From Heteronotia binoei (taxonomy: Eukaryota), in assembly GCF_032191835.1 (NCBI RefSeq), contig NC_083236.1, positions 53,196,001 through 53,260,000 of the forward strand: a stretch of DNA of 64,000 nt. The letters run 5' to 3'. Of the stretch, positions 1 to 15,000 are shown piece after piece. Below the pieces are notes generated by a model, which was not told the origin of the DNA, made no database searches, and saw nothing but the letters and a program-made list of their open reading frames with translations. The translations under genes were made by a program, and so were the position numbers. Every line of letters starts with the position of its first letter. Within the stretch, counting starts at the first letter, position 1.

Positions 1-1541
1 TCTCTTAAACACTCCTTTCTCCTCCCTCCATTTTGCCAGTTGCCTTCTCCACTTCTGGCTTTTCTCTTACCAGTATTTGCTACAATGGCTAAGCTGGGGA
101 AACCATGGTTAGCAATAACATTCAAATCATCATTTGAAACCATGGTTTGCAAACCAGGATTTGTAGATGAGTGGTAGCGACAATTACATAAATGTAGACA
201 TCATAACAAATGAAAGCAGGCCCAGAATAGAGAAAGGAGGATAGTGTGTGAACGAAGAACAAGGGAGGCGTGAGCCTGCAGCACTTTTCCAGTCCTCCAA
301 ACCATGGTTCAGAGGGTCATCTGAATGGAGCCAAAGTCAAAAATCCCAGTTGATGTGCACAAGCCCTTGGTCCTGTCTATAAAGTAGATTTTTGGACTCC
401 TCACCATTATATCTCCTTTGAAGCTTATGAATAGGGTTGTCAGCTTCGGGTTGGGAGAAACCTGGAGATTTTGAGGGTGGAGCTGAAGGTTTGGAAAGGG
501 AAGGGACTCTTCAGTATGGTATAATGCCATGCAGTCCACTTTCCAAAGCAGCTGTTTTCTCTAGGGGAACTGATCTCTGTAACGTGGAGACCAGTTATTG
601 TTGTTATTGTTTTCATTGATTAGATTTATAGACTGTCCTTCCCCAAAGGGCTCAGGGTGGTGCACAGCAGGTTAAAATAACAGAATAATTTAATTCCAGT
701 TTACAATAAAATCAGCTGTACTTGGCAGTGGCAGTAAAATTGTGCTTCACTCCCTTCCTTGGGTGGATCAGGGACTGACCATGGAGAAGGTCTCCATCCA
801 ACACTTGGAGACTGGCAACCCTAACCCTACTATGAAAGTAGCAGTAATTATTATGCAGCATAGGAGCAGCTCAGTAAAGAGGAGGATTATTTTTTGCAAG
901 ACAAAGGGGCAACCTATTTTATTTCATTTTGGCTTTTTGTTCTTATTGGACTTTGCCGCTGCTTCTACGAGGGGGACTTGAGGCTATTCTCAAAATATCG
1001 TCTTTGGTTTTGCATTCACTTTCCTTTCCTGAGCAACTCCATCATTTCCCGGTGGGAAGGGGGAATGTTCTTTCCCTAGCTTTTCTGCAGCAAAATGACC
1101 TTTCCTTTCTGAAAAGGTCACTGTGCTGCAGAACCATTGACCAGCCCCTCCCTGAAGTCTGCTTGGCTCAGAAAGCAGCAGATGAATTATCTTGGCTAGC
1201 GCCCTAAGAGTTAATGTGTTCAATGAGGCTATCTTGTGTGTGCAAAAAAAGTACAGGCCGGTGTGAGAGAGAGATATTTGGTGGGGGGGGGGAGGGTTCC
1301 AGATCATTTCTCCCCTCCTGTTCACGTTCGCTTGTCATCTCTTTTCTCAAATGCCATAAATACCCTCTTTTGGCCCAAAGCAGTTTCTCATAGCTACAAT
1401 ACCTGAAATGCAAGCTTCAGCAATTCTGGCTCCTCAACCACCCAACCCTAACGAGTTCTTTTTTTCCTCCTGTTGTTTGATGATTGAATTTAAACAGATC
1501 TTCCCCGTTCCTTAGAATTTACATGCTCCCCCATTTTGCAG

Positions 1542-1625
1542 GCTTACTTCCACCTGGGGATCAATGACAAGCTGGGCCTCTCGGGAAGACCGGACCGACC
1601 GATTGGCTGCCTCGGGACATCAAAG
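1542..1625 (+). CDS. PHKB: PHKB exon (~ex18), 84 nt
   Basis: ttttgcag|GCT...AAG|gttctt; [28 protein letters not shown]. Confidence 0.95.
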
Positions 1626-4600
1626 GTTCTTGCAAGGGATCTCTGATCTGCATGAGTTATAGCTAGCGTGAATAGTGGAGGAGGACTGGACTACTCTGTA
1701 AACACAGAGAGCAATTTCATTGCATTTGAGTATTTATTTAAAAAAAAACGTTTCACATGCTTTGTCCAAATGCATCGAGGATAAGTTATTTCAGTGACAC
1801 CACAGCTCAGCGACCTTCATGTGTATGATGAAGCTAGTTTTTGGTGGGGATTTTTGCCTATGAAAATTCATGCCATGGTAAATATGCCAGTCTTTAAGGT
1901 GCCACAGAAATGTTTTTGCTTGACTTTTCAGGGTATTATTAATTAAAGTAGTGCTTATTCATGACTGGCTTGTTCAAGACGAGTGTGGCATAGAGGTAGG
2001 GTTGCCAATTCCCAGGCGGGGGCAGGGGATCCCCTGGTTTGGAGACCCTCCCCCCGCTTCAGGGTCGTCAGAAAGCGGGGGGAGGGGAGGGAAATGTCTG
2101 CTGGGAACTCTGTTATTCCCTATGGAGATTTATTCCCATAGAAAATCAAGGAGAATTGATCCGCAGGTATCTGGGGCTCTGGGGGGGGGGTTGTTTTTTG
2201 GGGTAGAGGCACCAAATTTTCAGTATAGCATCTAGTGCCTCTCCCCAAAATACCCCCCAAGTTTCAAAAAGATTGGACCAGGGGGTCCAATTCTACGAGC
2301 CCCAAAAGAAGGCGCCCCTATCCTTCATTATTTCCTATGGAAGGAACTGAAAAGGTGTGCCATCCCTTTCAATGTGATGGCCCGAACTCCCTTTGAAGTT
2401 TAATTATGCTTGTCACAGCCTTGATCTTGGGTCCACCCCTAATGTCTCCTGGCTCCACCCCCAAAGTCTCCTTGCCCCACCCCCAAAGTCCCCAGATATT
2501 TCTTGAATTGAACTTGGCAACCCTACATAGAGGTTAGTGCAGGGAAACTCATTTGTTATGAGAACCAGATCCAACATAAACATGACCTTGTCGGGCCAGG
2601 CACGAGTGTCATAAAATGTAATGCTGGGTAGCGGAGATATAAATTGTATAAAGGACACAGACAAACACAATTAAAGATTTTAAAAACTGAAAACAAAACA
2701 TGCTTAAAACATTAGCACTCGTTGGTCTTAAAGGTGCTTTCTTTATATCTCTCCTGTGCGATCCAGGGAACTGGACAAAGGAAGCTCTGGCTCTTTCCTT
2801 CCTTTCTCAGGGGACCAGGAGGGAGAGGCTTGGCTTAGAAGCTCTGCTGGGCAATTGAGAGAGCCTGGCAAAGCTAGCTCTCCCTCCCCTCTTCCTCCTC
2901 AATTGAGGAGCCTGAGCCAATGGAGGAAATAGAGGATTTGCTTTGTAGCTCCTGTGTGATTGAGCAAGCCTGGCAAGGGAAGCTGTGATGCAGAAGGAAG
3001 CAAGAGAGAGAAAGAAGGAAGCAGATAGCCAGTTGCTCAGGGGGCTGATAGGCACATTCTGGGGGTCTAATTCAGCCCCCGGACTGCATGTTTGACGCCT
3101 CTGGGTTAGACTGTCAAGCTAGGATCTGGGAGGTCAAAGTTTGAGTCCTCGCTGAGCTTGCTGGATGACCTTGGGCCAGTCCCACACATGCAGCTTAATC
3201 TTCCACGCAGAGTTATTGTGGGGATAAAATTGTGAAAGGGACCCTATTGAGGAGGAAAGTAAGGCATGCATGCCATATATCAGTCTGGGTTTAATTGTAG
3301 AGTGGGAGGAGGACTTTCCTCCCTTGTAAGAGCAAGTTTGATTATCGGTGAAAAATTGATTTCTGTTTTCCTGTCTTTCTGTAGATTTACCGAATCCTGG
3401 GCAAGACGGTTGTCTGCTACCCAATAATTTTTGACCTGAGTGATTTCTACATGTCCCAGGATGTTATGATGCTGATCGATGACATTAAGGTACATGTTTG
3501 CTTAGTTAAAGATTGAATGTAGACCTGCACATTAGATGTTTGTCGATAAAAAGATTATTAGCTCCTATAGCCAATAAATAAGTACACTGTCTGTTCTTAG
3601 CGCTTTCAGTCTATGGCTGCAATCCTATGCGTATTTACTTGAGTGTAAGCCTGCTGAACACAGTGGGGTTGCGTCTGAGCAACCATACACAGTGTCAAAC
3701 TACTTGCATCACTTCAGAAGTTAGCAGCTCAGTTCTCATTGCTAGTCTTGCAAACCGAGCCATATGTAGCACACTTGGTCTTTTCCCACTCCACAAAGAT
3801 ACATTCCATATAGGAAATTGGCAATGTTTCAGATGCTCCTAAGTATCTCAGGTACAAGAAGAGTGTGAACGAGATAATTCTCAATAAATGGATGCAACAG
3901 GGTGTTAAATGTCAACACAAATCACAGGAAAGCGGGATTTCATAGTCACCCAGGACAAGCTTTGTGAACGTTTAAATTTAGAATTAATTGCATTCGCTCT
4001 GGATGCGCAATAAACGAGATCATTGAAAAATGTGGAGAGACATATTGAGAGGGAGGGTGTTGAGCTGACTCAAGGTGCTGTTAGCAACAAGTAGTTACGT
4101 AAGCGAACTTCAGAGCTGAACATACACTGATAGGAGGAAACGTGGCTGATGCATTAGGAGCTGTTAACTTACATACCCCTTCAATCTGGCCTTCCGAGGT
4201 CACTGTGTTGGGAAAGAAGTAGACGAAATACAGCTCCACACCAATGTCCCTTCTTTCCCCCTACTGAGGGGAGCAGTTCACAGCCTGAGCAGAAAAGAAC
4301 TGCTGTTATCTTAAACTGGCCTGTGAGTAATGCAAACCCTGCAGGGCTCCAAACTGCTGCGGAGCGGGGCTTCCTGTGTTAATGAGTGGCTGCACAGCTT
4401 AGAGGGAACACTCCTCCCTCACTGCAGTATTCACCCCATTTGCATTCTGCATCTGCTGGCCCTGCAAAGGTAGAGCAACAAACCAAGGCTCATTTCGCAC
4501 TAACCTTGCACCACGCCAGGCTTCCATTTCTGTCCAGAGCAGGCTAGTGATTTTGCACCAGCTGCTCCGTGCCGCCATTTTGCGTGGGGAAAAGCCGCGA

Positions 4601-7600
4601 TTTGCCGCGCCGCAGTGTAAACCTGAAAAAACAAGTTTACATTGCCGCGCATGAAATCGGGGCTTGCCCCAAATTAAAATGGCAGCACGGAGCAGCTTGT
4701 GCAAAATCTAGTAGGCTTACATTCAGCGAACCCCTCTTCTCGGGTTTTGTTTAGTATGTCACCGAATCATCCTTGAGCATCTTTGCCAGTGGCCCAACCT
4801 GGACCCCCTTCCGTGAGCTGTTAAAAAGACCAGCCTATCCCATTTTACAAGTTTATTAAGGTGCAGCATTGCCTATGCATCATACCCTTTATTTCTTTTT
4901 GTCTTTGTTTTTAACGCTTACATAGAATGCTTTGCAGTTCATTAAGCAGTACTGGAAGATGCATGGCCGCCCCTTGTTCCTCGTGCTTATTCGGGAGGAT
5001 AATATAAGGTAAGGCCATTCAGATGAGAGAGTGCATGTTGTTTCTGCCATAAAGTGGTGCAGCATTAAATCTCCTTGGTTTTTGCATCCTCAGGGGAAGC
5101 AGATTCAATCCGATACTAGACATGTTGGCCGCCTTTAAGAAAGGAGTAGTTGGAGGCGTGAAGGTTCATGTCGATAGGCTGCAGGTAAGTTGGTTTTTTT
5201 GCACATTTCTCATCATCGTTTGAAATCCAATTACATATTTGTTTGAATAACTTGATGTCCTAGCAGTGCAATTGGAGGCAGTGTTAATCCGTTCCAAGCC
5301 CATTCATTGCTGGTGGCTTCAACTAAAGTAACCCTGTATGACAGGGGTGGCCAACGGTAGCTCTCCAGATGTTTTTGCCTACAACTCCCATCAGCCCCAG
5401 CCATTGGCCATGCTGGCTGGGGCTGATGGGAGTTGTAGGCAAAAAACATCTGGGGAGCTACTGTTAGCCACCCCTGCTGTATGGGATTGTACTGTAATAG
5501 TATTCTGCCCCTTCCTCCAGAGAATTCAGAGAGGATTGTACTGTGCCTAGTTCTCCCATCCTCCATTCTATCCTAAGACTAAATTACTAGTGCAGGGGGT
5601 CCCAACCTTTTTGAGGCTGCAGGCATCTCTGGGATTCTGAGACGCAGTAGTGGGTGTGACAACAAAATGACTGATGCAGGAGGTGTAGCCAACCACAAAA
5701 TGGTTGCCAGAGGAGGTGGAGCCAACTACAAAATGTCAGCAACTGAAGTTAGATGTAACTCTGAGAGTAACTCTTCAACCTTCCAGGCAGAAGCTCTGTT
5801 GAATAGGATAACTTAATCTGCACAGGCAGTCTCAAGAGCTTCCAGTAGGCCCTGTAAGAAGAGCCCTGTAAGGTCTTGAAGGATTGGCTACATCAGAGGG
5901 GTGTAGCCTAATATGCAAAGGAGTTCCTGCTACAAAAAAACCCCTGGAAGTGCCATGTCTGAATGCTAACTTCGCAGACGTATGTGTATGGACCATACTG
6001 TAAAGAATCTTCTTGGCCTCGCTTATTTTAATCCTGCTTTGATAGAACAATAGATAATAAGATATCATTTTCAGATTTTTTTTTAACTGTTCCCAAACAC
6101 AGAGGGAAATGAGCATGTATTTTAAAAACAATATTTTATCTGATTAAAAAGACATGCTGCCAGGTGGAGATTGCCTCAGACATCCTCTGACAAAGCGTGC
6201 CCTTGTGGATTCTTTTTAAAAGCCGAGCTGTTTCCGAGTCCTTTGAGGACAGTTGTTCTCCTCACTTTACTGCCTTTCCACGAAGATTTACTTAATAATT
6301 AATAAGCATTTTAAGAAGAGTGTTTTATTTCTTTGACAATCATTGCTGCTTATGTTATATGTCTTATTCATGAAGGGTGTAAACTTAAAAAAACCCCTTT
6401 TTAATTTTTACAACCATTAAAACAAGATCAGGCTAGTCTTCAGCAAGGCCTCCTTTGTGCTTCGAGTTTTATTGGGTATTGCAAATGGATCCAGTTTCTC
6501 CACCATGTTGTGTTTTTGTATCTTTATATGCGAGAGATATTGCCAACAGTTTGCTGTGGAATGGTATAATATGGGAAGGATGGTGGCTCAGTGGTAGAGC
6601 ATCTGCTTGGTAAGCAGAAGGTCCCAGGTTCAATCCTCGGCATCTCCAACTAAAAAGGGTCCAGGCAAATAGGCTTGAAAAACCTCAACTTGAGACCCTG
6701 GAGAGCTGCTGCCAGTCTGAGCAGACAATACTGACTTTGATGGACCGAGGGTCTGATTCAGTATAAGGCAACTTCATATGTTCATATGTTCAATATAGCC
6801 TGCCCTAACCTGGGTGGCCCAACCTAGTCTGATCTCGTCAAATCCCAGAAGCTAAGCAAGGTTAGTACTTAGATGGGAGACCAGCAAGGAAGGTCACAGT
6901 CATTATGCAGAGGAAGATGAAGGCAAACCTCCCCTGTTAGTCTCTTGTCTATGCGATCACCAGCTTTATGCTCAGCTGGAAATAATCTACTCGTGATCCC
7001 TAGCCCTGAGAACAGCCAGCTGTCCTCGACCAGAGCAAGAGCTTTTTCAGCCCTAGCTCCTACCTGATGGAACTCTCAGTCAGATAACATCCATGCCCTG
7101 TGGGACCATATGCATTTCCTCAGGGTGTGTGTCATGCCCTAGACCTAGACCATCAGGCCTAGAGGACCTGGAGTAGGGTTGTCAAGACCCCTGCTTCCCA
7201 GAGCAGGTGACTTTTGTGCATGCGTGACACAATGATGTCACTCAAAAATGATGTCATCGCATGAGCGATGCTGTGTGTGGCCACTCTAGGTGTTTCCGGG
7301 AAAACTCTATGGTTTTTCCCAGACACTCTAGCCATTAGGGAGGGGGAAATTCTATGGTACCTATTGTACCATAGAGTTTTCCCTCCCAAATCGCTAGAGC
7401 AGCCGGGAAAACCATAGAATTTTCCCGAAAACTCCTAGAGCAGCCGCACGCAACATCACCAGTGTGATGACGTCATTTTCGGGCGATGTCATTGTGCCAG
7501 CGACGTAGGGGGAGGTTGGGAACCTCCTGGGCGGGGGAAATCCCCCTAGTCTGGAGAGGCCTGCTTCAATTTGCTAGTGTGCCTACATCTCCCAGGATCC

Positions 7601-9034
7601 CTTCTGTCCTTCTGATTGGGTGGCGGAGATATAGGAGGGAAAACTTGCCCAGTGAAGATCTGATGGTTGGGACCTGGAAGACAGAATAAATAGACCTAGC
7701 TGGAGAGAGAGATATATATATTGTTCTCTCTGGGAATGCTGAGCTGGATAGAGGCTGCAGCAGGAGGGAGTTTGAGTGAGTCAATTGGAATTAAAGGAAG
7801 GCAACGTGTAGTTAGTCATGTCAGGGCTTTTATTCTTTTGAACCATCTTTACTGTCTTGGGTTTTTTTTTTATATTCACTATTGCCAGGGGTGGAATTCT
7901 AGCAGGAGCTCCTTTGCATATTAGGCCACACATCCCTGATGTAGCCAATCCTCCAAGAGTTTACAAGGCTCTTTTTTGTAAGCTCTTGGAGGATTGGCTA
8001 CCTCAGGACTGTATGGCCTTATATACAAAGGAGCTCCTGCTAGAATTCCACCCCAACTATTGCACTGAAAAAGGTTACAACCCACTTGTTCGTTTTTGAG
8101 CAGTTTTAATAAAATTGTTGTTATACTGCCTGGGTCCTCACATCTCTTTGGTCACAGATAGAAGGTGTTTTCTTAAGAAGGAAGACAGAGGGGTTGGGTG
8201 GGTGTTCCGGTTCCTCTCAGACTGACCCCATACCATAGTGGTGGCAGCCAGTAAAGGTCCTCCCTGGTCCCCTGCTGTGTGATAGCATGTAAGGCAGAGA
8301 TGTTCCACCAGGCTTTTGTTTGAGGACAGCAATAGGTACAGCCTAAAAGACCCTGGCCCTGGTCGAGGACAGCCAGATACCTTTTAAGCCAGGGATCACT
8401 GGGAGATTTTGTTCCCCAGAGCATTACTCTCTTCAGGGTGGGGAGGTATATTGGGAGAGGAAGTCCCAAAAGTACACTGGCCTCTGACCGTTCAAGGCCT
8501 TAAAGGTTAAAAACCGAAACTTTGACTCTGACCCAGGACTCAACTAGCAGCTGGTAGAGCATTGGCTAAATGTGTGGTCTCTAAGGCAGAGGTGTCAAAC
8601 ATGCAGTTCGGGGGCCAAATCAGGCCCCGGGAGTGTTCCTATCAGCCCCCCAAGCAACTGGCTGTCATCTGCTTCCTTCTCCCTCTCTCTTGCTTCCTTC
8701 TGCATAACAGCTTGCTTTGTGAGGCTTGCTCAATCACACAGGAGCTACAGAGCAAAACCTCTATTTTTTTTCCGATTGGGTGAGGCTCCTCCCTTGGGGA
8801 GGAAGGGGAAAGGCAGAGCTTGTTCTTTCAGGCTCTCTCAATTGCACAGCAGAGCTAGTGAGCCAAGTCTGTCTTCCTTCTATTGGCTGAGTCTCCCCCC
8901 ACCCCAGTTCCCTGGGGAAGGAAGGAAAGAGCCAGAGCTTCCTTTGCCCAGTTCCCTGGATCCCATGGGAGAAATACAAAGCAAGCACCTTTAAGACCAA
9001 TGAGTGCTAACATTTCAAGCATGTTTTAAGTTTT

Positions 9035-9069
<35 letters not shown>

Positions 9070-12000
9070 GTTTGTGTTCTTTATCAAATTTATATCTCTG
9101 CTACCTAATCTTAAATAGGTACACACATGGCCCAGACCAACATGGCTTGACCCAACCCGACATGGCCCAGCCTCTCAAGGTCTCATTTATGTCAGATCCG
9201 GCCCTCATAACAAATGAGTTCGGCACCCCTGCTCTAAGGGGTCCCTGTAAGGACCCTGGCCAATGCCTTCTGGATTAGTTTCAACTTCCAGATCAGTCTC
9301 AAGGGTAGCCCAACGTAGAGGGCATTACAATAGTCTAACCTGGAGGGTGGACTCAATAGCATTATACTTTGCTGACGTTCCTCAACTCCCCAAATCCCAC
9401 CTTCCTTAGGCTCCACCCCCAAAATCTCCAGGAATTTCCCAACTTAGACCTAGCAACCATAAGGAAAGTGCCATATGGCAAGGCAGCTTCATGTGTTCCC
9501 CTGGTAGATATTTAGGGTTGCCAATCCCCAGGTGGGGGCAGGGGATCCCCCCGTTTGGAGGCTCTCCCCCCGCTTCAGGGTCATCAGAAAGTAGGGAGGG
9601 GAGGGAAATGACTGATGGGCACTCCATTATTCTCTATGGAGACCGATTTCCATAAGATTTAATAGATAATTGATCTGCAGGTATCTGGAGCTCTGGGGGG
9701 GGGGCTGTTTTTTGAGGTAGAAGCACCAAATTTGCAGCATAGCATCCAGTACTTCTCCTCAAAACACCCTCCAATGGATGGAAAGCATTTAGAAGCTGTG
9801 CAGTCCCTTTAAATGTGATTGCCAGAACTCCCTTTGGAGTTCAGTTACACTTGTCACACCCTTGTTCCTGGCTCCACCCCCCAAGGTCTCCTGGCTCCAC
9901 CCCTAAAGTCTCCTGGCTCCACACCCAGAGTCCCCAGATATTTCTTGAATTGGACTTGGCAACCCTATATTCCTCCCTTAAACCAAAGAAACACAGAAGG
10001 ATGAGCTGTGGTAGGCCAGGCCCAGGGACTTTTTTTTGTAGAAAAAGCCCAGCAGGAACTCATTTGCATTTTAGGCCACACACATACACACACCCCGATG
10101 CCAAGCCAGCCAGAACTGTGTTTCTGTGCATTCCTGCTCAAAAAAAAAAAAAAAATAGCCCTGGCCAGGCCAATACAATGCCTTCACTCTTGTGGTCTGT
10201 CTCAGTGCCCTGTGCTAAATACCTCTGTATTTCACCTTGTAGAGAGATATCAGTTTGTAGAAAAGCTGCCTTGTTGTTTTTGCCTCCTTGTCTGCCTTAA
10301 AACTATGGGAGTGCTCAATTATATTGCTACATTGTTTTAGATTGGCACCCCCCCTCATGTGTAATACTGAAGCCATAGTGGTTTTACCATTGTGACCTTT
10401 GAGCGCTAAAAGCACAGCTTTATGCCAATTTACATCCTTCAAAGCCCACTGATTTCAATGGCGTTAAGAAAGGGCTCAAATCTGTTCAGGATGGCATTGT
10501 AAATTTCTCAAGTTTTAAAAACGCTGCTCTTCCATCTGCTAATTTTAAAATGCCGATTTCCTAATGTAATCCTCTAAATCAATCAGTGTTTTGGATATTG
10601 TCCATTTCGTTAAAGCAAGGAGGGGAAGGTGAAATACTTAGATGGGGAAATGCCGATAATGCATTCTCTACTAAAGGAATATATACAGCGTGTTCATAAT
10701 TTAGTTCCAGTGTGTGCATTTGTATGCAGATGGCAGTACACACACACACACACACACAGAGTTAGGGTTATAGATGTTAATTCATGGAAGAGCAGCATAA
10801 TCTTTGCTTGGACTATTTGCATAAAAATCTTTCCATGCTTCGGCTGCAAATGTATAAGGGTTTCCTGCCCTAGCTGTAATAATTTTTCACATTTGCATCC
10901 TATAATTCTTTTATCATAATTTGTGCTTAGAGAGATTAGGCAAGTTAAACACAAAAAGGCAACATCAGCAATAAAAGCCGAACAGATAGTGTTGCAGGGA
11001 AGTCTTTCTGCAGTTGTGGCTGTATAGTGCAAAATATTTTTCCTACGCAACTGCAGTTGTACTTGTATTTATTTCTTCTCGTTGCCACTTGGAAAGGCTT
11101 TTTTTTTAAGCCAAAGACTTTACAGTGGGTTTAGTGTAATACATTTCCCCTGCAAGTTACACATGAACCTTTTCTGCACGTTCACTGAATTAACAGCAAT
11201 GAATACCCACCTAATAAAATATTAATAAAAGCAGGCAGCATTGTTCTGCCATAGAACACAAATATTTGTGCAAAGAATTCAGCTGGAAGGGGTGGAGAGA
11301 AGACAGAAAGCTGGATCAAAGGTAGCCCAACAAAGCCATAAATCTCTGTTTTGCTGTCTGTAGCATAGCATATCGTTAGGAGAAGAAGAAAATAGAGAGC
11401 ATCTTCCCAGAGATGTTGGAGATCAGTCTTGATTTCCAGGATAAAACTGTCTCTTGGATGGAAATCAGGGTTCCTTTCCTCTCATTTGTCTTTGTGCAAA
11501 TGAGGCTTGGATCCTTGTTTCCACGGGCCAAAACCATTCCTGCTAGCAGAAAAGGAAAAGAGTGATTTTGCCCAGCCCCCCCTCCCCCAACACACACACA
11601 CTGCAAACTTCCACTTCTTCCCCCTGTGCTGTTCCATTACTGTCCATTAGTCCAGGGGGCAATGGCACAGGCAGCTGTGGCAGGAAAATTCATTTACACA
11701 AGCACTGCATCACAAGTAGTCAGCAGCTCTCATCGCTTTCTTCCCTTCTCTTTGCTTCTGCTCCCTGAAACCCTTCAAGAAGGTTCAGCTAATTCCCAAT
11801 GGTCACAGGTTGAGTGTAGCTCACGGATTTCTTGCCAGCCCTAGTCTATGCCTAGGGGTCCCTAATGTGGCACCTGTGGCAATGTGATGTCCATCAACAC
11901 CTTTCTTGGTACCCACCAAATGTTTTCAGAAAATGGACAGGGTCAATGGGGCTTTCACCCAGCCGGGCTTCTGATTGCCCACTGGAGATTTGGCTTGGTG

Positions 12001-15000
12001 TGCAGATTGAAAGGCATACTGTCAAGTTGAGCGTATGCCTGAACTATTGAAGAGTTACTGTTAGAGTTACTTAGCTCCCTACATTTTGATATTTACTCCA
12101 CCTCTTATGGTAGCCATTTTTGTGCTTGGCTCCACAGCCATTTTGTTGGTGCGCCCACCACCCTGTGTCAGAATTCCGCAGGTGCCCGCAAAAATTGGGA
12201 ACCCCTGAACTGAAGTATCCCTGAGTGACTATTGATTGACACATTGAAGTTCAAGGCTCTTCACAAACCAGCACATGATGTGGAGAGCAGTAATGCCAAA
12301 GAGAAGACTAGGAAAAAAAAAACATTTCTTCCCCCCAACCGCCTTTCCCCCCAAGTTTTCCAGCTAGAAAACTTATATGAAATATTTTCTCTTTTGTAAT
12401 GGGCTGGTATGCTTTGACAAAGTTTATTCATATGAATGAGAATCAGTACTATAAGTAATTTTTTTTTGCCATTAAAGTCATGGTTGACTTATGACGATCC
12501 CATGGGGTTTTCAAAGCAAGAGACATTCAGAAGTGTTTCACAGCTGTCTTCCTCGTCATAGCAACCCTGGTATTCCTCAGTGGTCTCCCATTCCAATTAT
12601 AAGAATACACTATTGAAGAGTTCACTGTTTTCAGTGATAACAAAATTTTATTTGATATTCAAATATTAGGGTGCAACGGTGCGGTTTTACAGTTTTTAGT
12701 TTTTTCTTAACTCTCAGATGGCAAAATCCAAATATTTGCACCAAGGAAGTATAGGGTGCAGAAGTTTGCAGCTGTCTTTTAAGTACCAGGTATATTCACA
12801 ATTGTGCTTGTAGAAAACTTAGACATAAATATGTTTAAACTCTATAAGTATGCCTAAACTCTATAAATACGTCAAATAATACAATTTTATTTGCTAACTT
12901 AAGTTATACAAGAAACATTTATGCGGTTAAATATGTTCAGGTTTGATGAGGAAATATTGCATATATTCCTCTCCAAATCTGGGTATCCCCCTCCCCCCCC
13001 GAAATAAATGGAAAGATTCTAAATGTCTGGACATTTTAGATCTCCTTTGCCACATGGGAAGAAGGAAGATGGCACTGTGGCCTTAACAATATTGTTAAGC
13101 AGTCGGGTTTGAACAGATAAAAGGAAGTACTTCTTCTCCCAAAGGGTGATTAACATGTGGAATTCACTGCCACAGGAGGTGGTGGTGGCTGCAATAGGGG
13201 ATTGGATAAACCTATGGAGCAGAGGTCCATCAGTGACTATTAGCCGCAGCATATTGTTGGAACTCTTTTGTCTGGGGCAGTGATGCTCTATATTCTTGGT
13301 GCTTGTGAGGGACAACAGTGTGAGGACTTCTAGTGTCCTGGCCCCACTGATGGACCTCTAGTGTCCTGGCCCCACTGATGGACCTCCTGATGACACCTGG
13401 GTTTTTTGGACACTGTGTGTACAGAGTATTGGACTGGATAGGCCATTGGCCTGATCCGACTTGGCTTCTCTTATGTTCTTATTTTAAAAGCCTTTCGATT
13501 ATGGGGAGGTCAGTTTCTCTGGGATCAGCAGTGGCTCTGAGACTGCTGAGGAGACAGGTACATTTATGGCCAGGTATGGAGTGGCAAAGGAGCCAAGAAT
13601 CCTTGGTTCTCTGCACAAGCAATTGCAACAGCAGCCTGGCTCAGAGCCTGTCCAGCATACACATGCTGCTTCAGAGCATATAATCCATATAATCGACTGC
13701 TAAAGATTCATTTTGTATAACAGCACTCGAGTGTGGCTAGAAAGTTCTGCAGCTCTTTTGCTTCTTTGGAAAGCCTGTTTCTTATTACCTACTCCTTTCA
13801 CTAAGACCTTGACAATGTCTTAGTTGAGCCAGAAAAAGGATTAAGGAGGAACTGCCAGAACCACACGCCAAGCTGAGAGGTGAGTTACCAAGGCTGCAAC
13901 TTTCTTTCAGAAGTATTGGCTTGGCATCCCCATGGCAGAACTGAGCTGATATACCATAGAGATAAGCAACCCCACCTGCTGGTTAGTCCATAATTCACTA
14001 AGGGATGGGTTGATGCCAACACCAATGGCGTGTGCTTGTCCCTTTTTTATGAGCCTGATCTCTGTTGAAATTATAACAGCCTGTCACTATGTTTCCAGAT
14101 ATTGTTAACATTAGTTTCCTGTTACCAGATAAACATAAGCATGAGTGCCTTTATTGCTGTTGCAGCTTTCAAATCCAGAGTTGTCAAGTCAGCTGTCCAT
14201 CTTCTGTTGAGGATCATCTGGTTGCATTTCTGTACTTTATCCCTCCTTAGTCACAAGACTGATTTGGGCCCTGTGAGCCCTCACAGCGTATTGTCATTCA
14301 TCCATGGTCGCCCTGTACACACACTTTTAAAATATTCTTGCTAAACCTTATTTTCTCTCTGCCCCTTCCCTCCTTACCCCCTTTCAGACATTAATTTCTG
14401 GAGCAGTGGTTGAACAACTGGACTTCCTAAGGATCAGTGAAACAGATGAGTACGTACACTTGGAATAAAATTAATTTTAAAAAAATAATATGATAAACTT
14501 ATGAAATAAAAAAAAAACTTTCTAGATTGCTATCCCTCCCCCAGTTTGAAAATAAATTGCAAAGCTTGATCATTGAAGCAAGCCCTGGATTTTGGAAATC
14601 TCAGTGATTCCTTTCTGCAGGCCTCCAGAGTTCAAGAGCTTCGAAGAGCTCGATCTCCCAAAACATTCAAAAGTCAAGAGACAAACCAGCACACCAAATG
14701 TTACTGAACTGGAACAACAGCCAGATATTAATGTGAATGACTGGAAAAACAAGTCAACTTATGAGATTCTTCAGAAACTGAATGTAAGTATGTAGGAGAA
14801 AACAAAGTTTGTTCTTCTCCCTTGAGGCATAATATTTGCAAATGATGATGCTATTGAGGCATAATATTTGCAAGGCACTGGGCGTTCACAGGTGTAAATC
14901 ATGAAGCTTTCTGTGCACCTGCATTCTGAAGTGATTGAAGTCTTAGCAGAAAGGCAGATTCACAACGGCATTTCCACCCTTCTGCTCTTTTTATGGTGCA

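Noticed and set aside
1-1541. Preceding PHKB exon or another gene
   Set aside because: No frame encodes the expected ...IWPQQELVK; ORFs here overlap MITE fragments or look random.
6573-6650. tRNA gene at SINE heads (also 20810, 26595, 38840 region)
   Set aside because: A/B boxes are present but continue into multicopy SINE bodies and tails; no complete cloverleaf.
14682-14693. Loss of the PKA site (KRQTST vs human KRQSST)
   Set aside because: By my count from recalled numbering the phosphorylated Ser701 is the second Ser, which is retained.
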